A stretch of 64,000 nt of DNA from Naegleria gruberi (lineage: Eukaryota). Below the pieces are notes generated by a model. It saw nothing but the letters and a program-made list of their open reading frames with translations, ran no database searches and was not told where the DNA came from. The position numbers and the translations under genes are program-made. This document shows, piece after piece, positions 45,932 through 55,436 of this stretch. Position 1 is the first letter of the stretch, and every line of letters starts with the position of its first letter. Where the stretch lies: NCBI GenBank assembly GCA_000004985.1, contig GG738893.1; one strand, written 5' to 3'.

Positions 45932-47317
45932 TTATGAAAAACTGGTTGGATTAAATGATCCTTTTCTTTCAAGGTAATTAGCTGCCTTATTCAAGTGAGA
46001 CATTATTTCAGAATGGCTATCCTTATCTTTGGCAAATGAGGGATTGTTCTTGAAGAGAGTTCCGTAGTAATATATTTGAATGGCATCAGCATATCGATGA
46101 ATAGATCCACAATCTTCTGCTGGGCAACAGTTTTCACCATCTTCAACTGTAATAGTTTGATCATTTGAATCCTCAATATTTTCAACTGTGATTTTGTGTC
46201 TGAATGAATCTCCCAAATCATACATGTAAAACATTTCATCTCCAGTCTAATTACATTGTAGTAAAAAGTAAAAAACACATACCTTTTCAAGTAAATGGAA
46301 TAGTTCAACCTTTGTATCATCTGCAGTGTAAATGTTGTGACTAAACTCGTGCATTTTGTCTACAGCTTGACTGTAAATTGGACCAAATACTAGGTCTGGT
46401 TGTGGCATTCTTTGATTTTTAGAGTCTTTCTTTTCGAATGGGATTTTTCTAAAATAGTAGGCATGATAGTTTCGGCACCATCCAAGAACAGGTGAAATAA
46501 CACGATCTTGCAAACTTTGTAGAGTAATAGAACCAGGTAATTTGACTCTTCTCCAAATGTGTGGTCTAAAGTTCAAAACTTGAATTCTCAACTGGTACAT
46601 TTTGCTTCTGAGATGAGTATTTGGTGAGGCAGTGACTTTCTCCACGAGTTCGTCTGCCTTCCTTTCCAGAACGTCCATTCCACCACTGAACATTAAATTT
46701 TGTCTTGCAAACATGAGCTGTTGAACCTGTTCAATACTCAATTCACTCTGATCTTCTCCTTCCACATAATCATCAACTGAACAGAAAATAGATTCCAAAC
46801 ATTTAGCAATTTGGTTGTGAATTTCACCTTTTTGTGCTTTGGAAATTTCTCCAATATCCAATGCAGATTTTAGTGTCTGCACAACAATTTCTCTAATATT
46901 CTTGATTAATTCTCTTTCCTGCTTATCATCAAACACCTTGTCGTGATCACCCAATTTTGCAAAACTAACAAAAGCTTCACCATACAAAACATATCCAGGA
47001 GCAAAACTTGGTTGATTAATAACACATTCTTGTCCACTATTCAGGGCTTTCAATATAGCCAACCTCTTTTCTTCCTTCTCCGAGAGTTGATCAGCCCTTA
47101 TCAATGAAGCCTTGCATCTAGCTTCAAGCAGGAAGGCAAGGTCATCCTTGCTGATGGCAGAATACTTTTCTACATTGCTGTTGGAAAATACCTCATCTAA
47201 CAAAGCTAGCAGGGAATCAACTTGTTCTGGTTTATCCAGTAGAGAAAGTACCTCCTTCTTCTTTTCCAATACATCGGATGAACTTTGTGGTTTGATCGTA
47301 ACTTTGTATTTGGACAT
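45932..47317 (-). CDS. PRiA4_ORF3-like (IWRR-motif) domain protein; 2 exons complement(join(45932..~46246,~46282..47317))
   Basis: ATG at 47317. Core reads ...MYQLRIQVLNFRPHIWRRVKLPGSITLQSLQDRVISPVLGWCRNYHAYYFRK...ELFHLLEK|TGDEMFYMYDLGDSFRHKITVENIED.... This matches the pRiA4b ORF-3-like domain (YxLRV.L.d..P.IWRR..VP...TL..LH..iq.amGW...HLh.F ... YDFGD.W.H.I.lE). A 35-nt GTATGT..AATTAG intron joins the two ORF-track frames. Confidence 0.55.
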
Positions 47318-47589
47318 TTTGTTGATTGATAAAAATGATTGAATAATAAACCAAAAAGTTTAGCCTAGTGATGAATCATCAAGCAAAGGTCCTAAAGAAG
47401 CTTGTGTTGAAATTGATGAAACAGATATGTCCTGTTAGAAATCCTCCACTTGAAATTTACCAGAGAGCGAATCAATGCATGTTGTTTTTTCGTTTTTTTT
47501 TAGAAATTAAATAACGGTTACTATTGGCGTTTGACCTAATTTTCACTTTACAATTAGTTAATACTGAAGAGATTTATAGACAAGGAAGG

Positions 47590-47800
47590 TAATCCAATGA
47601 TTGGATTTGCACCTAACAGTATTAATGTAGATGGATGTAATAATTTTACAAAATGTGGATATTGTTGAATGTGAATTGAAAGATGGGACGTTAATTATGG
47701 AGTTGTCTTACCACAAAATCAACCTGAGCTATTTCCTGCCTTTGATGTCAGTGATGCAAATTGTATCTTTGAACTAACAACAAAATGGATTGTATAGTTG
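47590..47800 (+). pseudogene. Frameshifted fragment of the SPRY-like C-terminal domain of the local coiled-coil/SPRY gene family
   Basis: ...MIGFAPNSINVDGCNNFTKCGYC* then, in another frame, ...GVVLPQNQPELFPAFDVSDANCIFEL.... This is homologous to the post-gap segment at 49146..49367 (...SLMIGFAPKSINVNETNNNTKCGYYLYTTTGTIYSQNGE...). Confidence 0.3.
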
Positions 47801-47939
47801 TTTATGAAATATTTACATGATAATTTTTCATGTATACGAAAAACAAACTGTGTATTATTTTGATGAAAATATTCCAATAATGAATATGACATTGTGAGTT
47901 TACTGTTGGAAGTCTGATTTGTTATTGTGATGAGTTGTC

Positions 47940-48219
47940 ATTTACCAATCAAAAAAAAAACAAGAACAACAAATGACCAAGAAGAAAACAGGAATCATGA
48001 CCAACAACGCACCACCATCATCATCACAAATCAAACAACAAGTGCAAGACACAAAAAACCAAACAAGCCTCCTCAAAAAGCAACTCGACTCTATCGTACA
48101 ACAATATGAACAACAATTGGCAAATTTGGAAAAGTTAGAAACTGCCTTGAATGAGAAGGATGAACAAGTCAAAAGTAGAGAAATTCAAGTCGCTCAAAGG
48201 GAACAATCTGTAAAAGATA
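47940..48219 (+). repeat. Segmental duplicate copy 1 (pairs with 52440..52723)
   Basis: Around 250-280 nt are >90% identical between the two sites, including poly-A and the CAAGAACAA...ATGACCAAGAAGAAAACAGGAATCATGACCAACAACGCACC stretch. Both copies are immediately followed by N-runs. Confidence 0.7.
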
Positions 48220-49367
48220 NNNNNNNNNNNNNNNNNNNNNNNNNNNNNNNNNNNNNNNNNNNNNNNNNNNNNNNNNNNNNNNNNNNNNNNNNNNNNNNNN
48301 NNNNNNNNNNNNNNNNNNNNNNNNNNNNNNNNNNNNNNNNNNNNNNNNNNNNNNNNNNNNNNNNNNNNNNNNNNNNNNNNNNNNNNNNNNNNNNNNNNNN
48401 NNNNNNNNNNNNNNNNNNNNNNNNNNNNNNNNNNNNNNNNNNNNNNNNNNNNNNNNNNNNNNNNNNNNNNNNNNNNNNNNNNNNNNNNNNNNNNNNNNNN
48501 NNNNNNNNNNNNNNNNNNNNNNNNNNNNNNNNNNNNNNNNNNNNNNNNNNNNNNNNNNNNNNNNNNNNNNNNNNNNNNNNNNNNNNNNNNNNNNNNNNNN
48601 NNNNNNNNNNNNNNNNNNNNNNNNNNNNNNNNNNNNNNNNNNNNNNNNNNNNNNNNNNNNNNNNNNNNNNNNNNNNNNNNNNNNNNNNNNNNNNNNNNNN
48701 NNNNNNNNNNNNNNNNNNNNNNNNNNNNNNNNNNNNNNNNNNNNNNNNNNNNNNNNNNNNNNNNNNNNNNNNNNNNNNNNNNNNNNNNNNNNNNNNNNNN
48801 NNNNNNNNNNNNNNNNNNNNNNNNNNNNNNNNNNNNNNNNNNNNNNNNNNNNNNNNNNNNNNNNNNNNNNNNNNNNNNNNNNNNNNNNNNNNNNNNNNNN
48901 NNNNNNNNNNNNNNNNNNNNNNNNNNNNNNNNNNNNNNNNNNNNNNNNNNNNNNNNNNNNNNNNNNNNNNNNNNNNNNNNNNNNNNNNNNNNNNNNNNNN
49001 NNNNNNNNNNNNNNNNNNNNNNNNNNNNNNNNNNNNNNNNNNNNNNNNNNNNNNNNNNNNNNNNNNNNNNNNNNNNNNNNNNNNNNNNNNNNNNNNNNNN
49101 NNNNNNNNNNNNNNNNNNNNNNNNNNNNNNNNNNNNNNNNNNNNNACTAAGAAAACAAACACTTCTGATTTGAATTCAAATGTTTTAGGAACAAAATCAA
49201 ATCATTTCAAAGTTAAACTCATATCTAATTGTAATAGTTTAATGATTGGATTTGCACCTAAAAGTATTAATGTGAACGAAACAAATAATAATACAAAATG
49301 TGGATATTATTTATATACTACTACTGGAACCATTTATTCTCAGAATGGAGAATCAAACAAAAGCTAA
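47973..49367 (+). CDS. Coiled-coil / SPRY(B30.2)-like protein gene interrupted by assembly gap (5' part 47973..48219, 3' part 49146..49367)
   Basis: 5' part: MTKKKTGIMTNNAPPSSSQIKQQVQDTKNQTSLLKKQLDSIVQQYEQQLANLEKLETALNEKDEQVKSREIQVAQREQSVKD (coiled coil) runs into the N-run. After the gap an open frame gives ...FKVKLISNCNSLMIGFAPKSINVNETNNNTKCGYYLYTTTGTIYSQNGESNKS* (SPRY-like). Whether both parts belong to one gene is an inference. Confidence 0.35.
   Translation: MTKKKTGIMTNNAPPSSSQIKQQVQDTKNQTSLLKKQLDSIVQQYEQQLANLEKLETALNEKDEQVKSREIQVAQREQSVKDXXXXXXXXXXXXXXXXXXXXXXXXXXXXXXXXXXXXXXXXXXXXXXXXXXXXXXXXXXXXXXXXXXXXXXXXXXXXXXXXXXXXXXXXXXXXXXXXXXXXXXXXXXXXXXXXXXXXXXXXXXXXXXXXXXXXXXXXXXXXXXXXXXXXXXXXXXXXXXXXXXXXXXXXXXXXXXXXXXXXXXXXXXXXXXXXXXXXXXXXXXXXXXXXXXXXXXXXXXXXXXXXXXXXXXXXXXXXXXXXXXXXXXXXXXXXXXXXXXXXXXXXXXXXXXXXXXXXXXXXXXXXXXXXXXXXXXXXXXXXXXXXXXXXXTKKTNTSDLNSNVLGTKSNHFKVKLISNCNSLMIGFAPKSINVNETNNNTKCGYYLYTTTGTIYSQNGESNKS
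48220..49145. other. Assembly gap (926 N)
   Basis: Run of n. Confidence 1.
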
Positions 49368-49479
49368 TCAATGAATAATAAAAATTTGTTTATGAATATG
49401 ACTGTAAACTTCTTGAAATAACATTATTGAATAACATGATTTATTCTTATTTTGGCTATCGAGATTAAGTTTATTTCTT

Positions 49480-50973
49480 TTACAGGTCATAAATATCTAC
49501 ATGATCTGCTAAATTCATTTCTCGAATGTATTTTTCACCCTCATCGCTTATATTGTTGTCAACTGCGTTAAGTCTTGTTAATTGCTTCATTCCACTTAGG
49601 GCTTTAACGCCTTCGTCACCAATTTCATTGTAACCTATATCTAGAAAAGTTAATTGTTCCATTTCACTTATAAATTTGGCTCCCTCATCTCCAACAGCAT
49701 TGTGATAGATAGAAAGCTGTGCTAGGTGCTTCATTTCACTGATTTGGTTTGCACTTTTCTCTCCAATATTATTATGAGCAATTATTAGATACGTTAAATT
49801 ATCCATTTTACAGATATATTGTATACCTATTGGTGTAATATCAATACTAGAAACATTAAGTTCAGTTAATTGGTTCATTTCACTTATAGATTGGACTCCG
49901 TTATCCCTAATTCGATTATCAGAAATGTCAAGCTTAATTAAATTTTTCATTTGGCTAATGTGAATAGCCCCGTACGGTGTAATCAAATTTTCAGCTATAG
50001 AAAGATGAGTTAATTGATTAAATGATGAAATGTATTTTGTTCCATCCAATCCAATACAACAACTGTTCACATTAAGATCTGTTAATTGTTTCATTTCTCC
50101 AAAACACTTAACACCGTCATTAATAGAATTAAACCCAATATCGAGTTTCCGTATATTCATCATTTCACTAACATACTTGGCACCGTTCTCGCCTATATTA
50201 TTACTAGCAATATCAAGATTAGTTAATTGTTTCATTCCACTAATAAATTTGGCTCCTTCGTCACAAATATTGTTGCCAACAATTTTAAGACCAGTCAACT
50301 GTTTCATTTCACTAATAAATTTTGCTCCATCCATAGTAATTTCATTGGCACGGATATTAAGAAAAGTCAACTGTTCAAGGCCACTAATATACTTGGCTCC
50401 TTCTGGGCCAATATTATTATTAGCAATATGAAGTTGTTTCAATTGCTTCATTTCACCAATATACTTGGCTCCTTCTACACCAATATAATTACCCGTAATA
50501 AGAAGATAAGTTAGTGATTTCAATGATGGTAAATGTTTAGCAATATCAAATCCAAAATAACAGAAAGTCATATAAAGATCAGTCAATTGTTCCAATGAAC
50601 ATATATACTTGAATCCACTTGGATCAATCTTAGAATTAAATTCTATATTGAGTTTTTTCAATTCTTTCATCGAATCCAATATCTCACAATTAAATCCACC
50701 TTCATTCTCTATCACTCTTAGATTTGCAACATTTTCCAAAAACGGCAATTGACCAACCATTTCCAAATCACTACTACGTGTTATCGAGAGGTGTTTACAT
50801 GAATTTTTAATGACATGAAACCACTGTTTGGAAACCAATGCACACCTCTGTACAATAAATTTAAAATCATCGTGAAAAGATAAAATTTCAAAGAGTGAAT
50901 CGTCAGAGAATAGATTATTTTCTTGTATTTTCGAAAATGAAGAAGTGATGGAATGTTTTGGTTGTGTGATCAT
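49480..50973 (-). CDS. F-box / leucine-rich-repeat protein (RNI-like 24-aa LRRs x ~16), 497 aa
   Basis: N-terminal F-box ...LFEILSFHDDFKFIVQRCALVSKQWFHVI.... Then repeated units of the form KQLTxLxIxxNxIGDEGAKYISEM (for example MKQLKQLHIANNNIGPEGAKYISG, MKQLTGLKIVGNNICDEGAKFISG). ATG at 50973. Confidence 0.7.
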   Translation of the reverse strand: MITQPKHSITSSFSKIQENNLFSDDSLFEILSFHDDFKFIVQRCALVSKQWFHVIKNSCKHLSITRSSDLEMVGQLPFLENVANLRVIENEGGFNCEILDSMKELKKLNIEFNSKIDPSGFKYICSLEQLTDLYMTFCYFGFDIAKHLPSLKSLTYLLITGNYIGVEGAKYIGEMKQLKQLHIANNNIGPEGAKYISGLEQLTFLNIRANEITMDGAKFISEMKQLTGLKIVGNNICDEGAKFISGMKQLTNLDIASNNIGENGAKYVSEMMNIRKLDIGFNSINDGVKCFGEMKQLTDLNVNSCCIGLDGTKYISSFNQLTHLSIAENLITPYGAIHISQMKNLIKLDISDNRIRDNGVQSISEMNQLTELNVSSIDITPIGIQYICKMDNLTYLIIAHNNIGEKSANQISEMKHLAQLSIYHNAVGDEGAKFISEMEQLTFLDIGYNEIGDEGVKALSGMKQLTRLNAVDNNISDEGEKYIREMNLADHVDIYDL

Positions 50974-51099
50974 TTTTTTTAAATATTAATTTTAATATTT
51001 AAATTAAGCCACATAAAAAATATTCGGAATATTTTTCGGAACCACAAGCGAAGAAAGATGTAAAGCATAACAGTGATTGAATAAATAGAGCAGGTTGTA

Positions 51100-51257
51100 G
51101 CAAGTTTTTCAAAACAACAAACTTACTGAACCAACAATCAATAGATTCGTTGCCTTCACCGTTCATACAGTCAAAGACTGTAGCGGGACAGTCGCCATAT
51201 TCCTGGCAGGCTTCCCGTCTAAATTATTAAATGAAACAAATAATGGCGCCTTTTTTT
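51100..51257 (+). ncRNA. Candidate small ncRNA (unclassified) with upstream CCACAA box and 3' GGCGCC-T7 terminator
   Basis: A GC-rich ~90-nt core (GTTGCCTTCACCGTTCATACAGTCAAAGACTGTAGCGGGACAGTCGCCATATTCCTGGCAGGCTTCCCGTC) with a GACTGT..ACAGTC hairpin lies in an AT-rich spacer. AACCACAAG is at 51039..51047. The unit ends ...TAATGGCGCC followed by TTTTTTT (51251..51257). An internal T5 at 51115..51119 argues against a Pol III start upstream of 51120. Confidence 0.25.
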
Positions 51258-51419
51258 GTAGCTACGTTTTCATTTGCATAGTTTCTGATTCTTGAATCAC
51301 AATTCTAAGGAATTCAAATAATATTAAAATTTAATTTTTAAAAGAAAAAACAATATTAATTTACTCATTGCCTGTAAAATAATCATGAAAATATCTAAAT
51401 AATACAAAATGTCTGAGCA

Positions 51420-51469
51420 NNNNNNNNNNNNNNNNNNNNNNNNNNNNNNNNNNNNNNNNNNNNNNNNNN
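51420..51469. other. Assembly gap (50 N)
   Basis: Run of n. Confidence 1.
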
Positions 51470-51591
51470 GTCAAAGTTTCATTCACATTACTGTGTATAT
51501 ATTTGTTAAATAATAATTCAATATTCACTGATTCAATAATGTGTAAAGATCTATTTGGGATTTGGGTCCACTATACACAAATAGCACCTTC

Positions 51592-52182
51592 ATGATGGAA
51601 GATGCCATTGGAACCATCATTTCAACCATCAAGAACGGTAAAGTCAATATGGATCACAAAGCTTTAGAGGCGTGGGCAATTCATAAAATGATTGAACTTC
51701 GAAAGGTTCGTTCCAATCTATTTCAGTTAGAGAAGGGTAAGTTTTTGGTAAATCTAATTAGTACTATAATAATATTATTATTATTACTAATATTAATTAA
51801 TATTAATACTACAAAATGATGATGTTGATATTGATGAATGTGATGAATAATCATGATGAATGAAATTTTTGAAATTATTGGATAAATTTATAACAGGAGA
51901 TGCAATTCAATGGAATGGAAAGAATTACATGATTACCAAAAAGTAAGTGTTTGTCCAATTCATTAATGATTAACAACAACAAATTGATACCTTTCAATAT
52001 GAATACCATTATTATTATTACTAATATTAACAAGACATTCTGATGGAGGTGGATTTAACATTTTGGATGTGGAATCTCAATTAATATTACAAAGAGCACT
52101 CTTGGATGAAAGTGTAGTGCCTTGCTTTGTTGTAAAGGGTGAATTCGTTCCAATTCATGACAATGATAGATACTTGTTGTAA
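51592..52182 (+). CDS. Small conserved-looking protein (~111 aa), 3 exons join(51592..51736,51897..51942,52035..52182)
   Basis: ATG at 51592 (MMEDAIGTIISTIKNGKVNMDHKALEAWAIHKMIELRKVRSNLFQLEK|GDAIQWNGKNYMITKK|HSDGGGFNILDVESQLILQRALLDESVVPCFVVKGEFVPIHDNDRYLL*). Two AT-rich introns (160 and 92 nt), both GTAAGT...AG with a poly-T/A tract. No family assigned. Confidence 0.45.
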
Positions 52183-52461
52183 CCATTACAATAAAATGTA
52201 ATACTATTTAATATTTAATTTATTTAATTTATTTAATTTTTTTTATAATTAAATCCCAAGCTCACTCCAGAAATGATCTTTTTTTCTTTTTTCTTTTTTT
52301 CTTTTTCTACAACTTTATCATTCTTAACAAGTGAGCCATAGGAAAAACATGAGTGCTCCATCACTCACATTCATTGTGAGAGCTTGGCTGATCCCGAAGA
52401 TCACTTTAAAAAAAAGCTCGTACGGGATTACCAATCAAAAAAAAAACAATAAAGAACAAAT

Positions 52462-52723
52462 GACCAAGAAGAAAACAGGAATCATGACCAACAACGCACC
52501 ACCATCATCATCACAAATCAAACAACAAGTGCAAGAAACAAAAAACCAAACAAGCCTCCTCAAAAAGCAACTCGACTCTATCGTACAACAATATGAACAA
52601 CAATTGGCAAATTTGGAAAAGTTAGAAACAGCCTGAATGAGAAGGATGAACAAGTCAAAAGTAGAGAAATTCAAGTCGCTCAAAGGGAACAATCTGTAAA
52701 AGATGAAGAAAATCAAATGAGAA
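52462..52723 (+). pseudogene. Second copy of the coiled-coil gene 5' end (cf. 47973..48219), frameshifted by 1-nt deletion, abutting an assembly gap
   Basis: ~95% identical to 47973..48219 (MTKKKTGIMTNNAPPSSSQIKQQVQETKNQTSLLKKQLDSIVQQYEQQLANLEKLETA). Copy 1 has GAAACTGCCTTGAATGAG; this copy has GAAACAGCCTGAATGAG, which gives a premature TGA. Followed by N-run 52724..52961. Confidence 0.4.
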
Positions 52724-52961
52724 NNNNNNNNNNNNNNNNNNNNNNNNNNNNNNNNNNNNNNNNNNNNNNNNNNNNNNNNNNNNNNNNNNNNNNNNNNNNN
52801 NNNNNNNNNNNNNNNNNNNNNNNNNNNNNNNNNNNNNNNNNNNNNNNNNNNNNNNNNNNNNNNNNNNNNNNNNNNNNNNNNNNNNNNNNNNNNNNNNNNN
52901 NNNNNNNNNNNNNNNNNNNNNNNNNNNNNNNNNNNNNNNNNNNNNNNNNNNNNNNNNNNNN
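52724..52961. other. Assembly gap (238 N)
   Basis: Run of n. Confidence 1.
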
Positions 52962-53014
52962 CAAATCTACTCCCTTCTACTTGTACCTACTGTACAAATG
53001 AATATTGTACCCAG

Positions 53015-54241
53015 ATGAGCTTTGTTCCATCTGATTATTGGATCATTCCAGTTAGCGTACTTGTCATTATATATTATGTAATTTTATTTGCTACTAAATC
53101 ATTTCAGTTACCAGCCATTAAGAGAAGATTGTTAACTCCTTACACACCAATTGTATGTGTCTACTTTGAGACTCAGGAAATGTACGCACTCGATAGTTAT
53201 TGTGCCAAAGTAAGATTAACGATTTTAGGAACTGTTATGAATTGGGTAATTTTGATTTGCATATTCACTGTTATAAGATTCTACTATCTCAGAAATCTGT
53301 ATCATGCTATGGCACAATCGAATACATCTGTAAAGATCGACAGTATTAGAAGGAGAAAAGTACTTTCTAGTGTATGGTTTGGTATTGTTTTTACAGGACT
53401 GATTTCTCTCATTGTTTCATTATTTGTTTCATTACCATACTTGGCTCAAATATTTATTGTGTTTCACAATGACGATTTTGATGAGTTTGCTTTGCATAAC
53501 ATGTTAATAGCCATTTATATCTTGATTGGTTGCATTATTGGAGTTGTGACAGTTCTTGTTGATATGAGTTTAAATTGGAAAAAGATCAAACAAAGAGGAA
53601 TTAGACATTTTTTGATCTTTGACGATCCATTCATGTTCAGAGTTGACATGGCACTATTCATAGTAATTATTATATTGATTATTATTGCTTCAATTCCTAA
53701 AAATCAAGTTCATGTAGATTTATTTTTCAGATTCTTAATCTATTTTACATTTACTTTTGTTGCAGGAGGTGTAGTAATTATCAAATCAATGATTGAAAAG
53801 TGGATGGTGAAAGGGAAAGACTATGAGTCAAATTTCATTCAATACCTTAAAAATCCAGAATTTCAAGAATTACTCAAAAATTACTGCCTTAAAGAAATGT
53901 CCTCTGAAAACTTTGCAATTTATATGGACCTTATGAAGTTAGATAAGGAGGGAAAGAATTCAACAATGGACCTTGAAACTTTACAAACTCTAGAGAAGGA
54001 TTATTTTCTTGCTAATTCAATGTATGAAATCAATATTTCACATGCTGCAAAAATGAATTTCTATAAATTGTTGAATAGTGCCAAACAGAATGAACCTCCA
54101 ACTGTTGGTGAATTGATTGAAGCTCTACTCACTGATGTTGTTAGAAATTTGTATGATACATTCTCAAGACTCGAAAGAACTAAAGAGTTCAAAGTTTGGC
54201 TTGAAATTTATGATATTCAAATAAAAAATCTATTACTCTAA
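53015..54241 (+). CDS. Seven-transmembrane protein with C-terminal RGS domain (7TM-RGS fusion), 408 aa
   Basis: ATG at 53015. About 7 hydrophobic helices (...IIPVSVLVIIYYVILFA..., ...VMNWVILICIFTVIRFYYL..., ...VWFGIVFTGLISLIVSLFVSL..., ...LIAIYILIGCIIGVVTVLV..., ...ALFIVIIILIIIASI..., ...FRFLIYFTFTFVAGGVVII...). A cytosolic RGS box follows: ...FIQYLKNPEFQELLKNYCLKEMSSENFAIYMDLMKL...YEINISHAAKMNFYKLL... Confidence 0.65.
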   Translation: MSFVPSDYWIIPVSVLVIIYYVILFATKSFQLPAIKRRLLTPYTPIVCVYFETQEMYALDSYCAKVRLTILGTVMNWVILICIFTVIRFYYLRNLYHAMAQSNTSVKIDSIRRRKVLSSVWFGIVFTGLISLIVSLFVSLPYLAQIFIVFHNDDFDEFALHNMLIAIYILIGCIIGVVTVLVDMSLNWKKIKQRGIRHFLIFDDPFMFRVDMALFIVIIILIIIASIPKNQVHVDLFFRFLIYFTFTFVAGGVVIIKSMIEKWMVKGKDYESNFIQYLKNPEFQELLKNYCLKEMSSENFAIYMDLMKLDKEGKNSTMDLETLQTLEKDYFLANSMYEINISHAAKMNFYKLLNSAKQNEPPTVGELIEALLTDVVRNLYDTFSRLERTKEFKVWLEIYDIQIKNLLL

Positions 54242-54281
54242 ATTGGAAAAGAGTAATAACAAAGAAAACCAATTATAAAAA

Positions 54282-55335
54282 TTATCTGAATTGTATTTTG
54301 TAAACTTTTTGAAAGTAAATCAATAATAATCCATACAATAATACCTTATCTACTTGCTTTCCTTCATTCGATGAATCCATTTCCACATATAAGGTTCCAT
54401 TCAAATTGAATGACATCCGATCCAGAGTTTCGTATTGTATCCGTTGACTACTTCCTGTTGAATTGATTCCAATAACTATAACTGGTCTATATAAATAATG
54501 ACTATTGTTACTACTTGTATCCATATTCCTATATCCAATATCAGAAACATCATTTCTAATTTTAGCTTCTCTAATTTCATTCATTAAGCGACCATGGAAT
54601 TTAATGTTTTGATTATTACTTGTGTCAATAATTGGGATTAATAAAGATGAATTTTCCATAATTTCTGGATCACATAAGAATTCATGTGTATGCCACCATG
54701 AATAATTAGATTTCAGTTTTTGGTCGCTTAGATTAGGAAGTGGAATTTTTTCTCCAAAAATTGAAAAAGAACCAACATAGGGCTTTTCAACCAGTTTTTT
54801 GAAAGGGTGTCCACTCTTTTCATTCTCCAACATGACAAGGAATTCTAAAGATACAAAATTATTAAACTATTCAAAACTAAACTTACTCGAATCTTCAACA
54901 TTTCCACTTTTACAAAGATTTTTCTTAATTATTGCTTTAAACACAACCAAATTCATATTGAAAACTTACAAAAAACTTCCTATTCTTATAATTATTCAAC
55001 AATGTCATTTCCATCTTTAACCAACTGAAATTAACATTCATCACTTTCATCAAGTTTCCATGTCGTTCCACAATCATGCTAGCCCACTGATAAATAGATT
55101 TCTTGATAGATCGCAACATGAATAACTGTCCCTTCTCTGTACTAAATATTTGCTCAAAATTCCGAAGAGCTGGATTGCTACGATTATTAGTTTGAATTTT
55201 GTCAAATTCCTTTTGAATTAATTCAAAACAAAGAATTCTCCACAGAGAGGAAACTCTCGATAATGTCAATACCCACTCAAGAGAATGCAAAAATCGAAAA
55301 ATATCCATCAAATTATCATCAGCCAATTGATTCAT
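54282..55335 (-). CDS. F-box-like protein; 3 exons complement(join(54282..54844,54887..54923,54970..55335))
   Basis: ATG at 55335. N-terminal F-box-like motif NLMDIFRFLHSLEWVLTLSRVSSLWRI. Introns of 46 and 42 nt (GTAAGT donors, TTAAG/CTTTAG acceptors) join ...NYKNRKFF|KNLCKSGNVEDS|KFLVMLENEKSGHPFKK... in frame. The first intron's position is from splice signals and a 37-nt exon. Confidence 0.5.
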
Positions 55336-55436
55336 TTTTTTTTAATTAATTTTTAAAATTAAATTTCTTCATCTTCCAAATTTGATGCATCTTCCAAATA
55401 AATCCAAGAATTACGATTAAAAAAAATGAACAGAAA
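55336..55436. promoter_or_regulatory. ~100-bp bidirectional intergenic region between two divergently transcribed F-box-like genes
   Basis: ATG codons at 55335 (minus) and 55437 (plus), separated by AT-rich sequence with A/T homopolymers. Confidence 0.3.

Noticed and set aside
45932-45934. Removing the in-frame TAA between the PRiA4-like and MYND ORFs by splicing
   Set aside because: The only GT..AG candidates that keep the frame are 12 and 15 nt, which is too short. The 49- and 61-nt candidates break the frame.
47942-48172. Cys-rich minus-strand ORFs 47942..48172 and 52435..52716
   Set aside because: They are the antisense of the duplicated coiled-coil exon (CAA/CAG-rich sense strand gives TTG/CTG-rich antisense).
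50030-50514. Plus-strand ORFs 50030..50431 and 50227..50514
   Set aside because: They are antisense to the F-box/LRR gene. They stay open only because of the periodic LRR nucleotide repeat. They have alternative starts and repetitive non-protein-like composition.
51150-51230. U1 or U6 snRNA identity for the GC-rich island (CCTGGCAGG resembles U1 5' ACTTACCTGGCAGG; ATACAGTCAAAGA resembles U6 ATACAGAGAAGA)
   Set aside because: The invariant U1 5' ACUUACCUG and U6 ACAGAGA/AGC elements are not present, so the resemblance is partial. Kept only as an unclassified ncRNA candidate.
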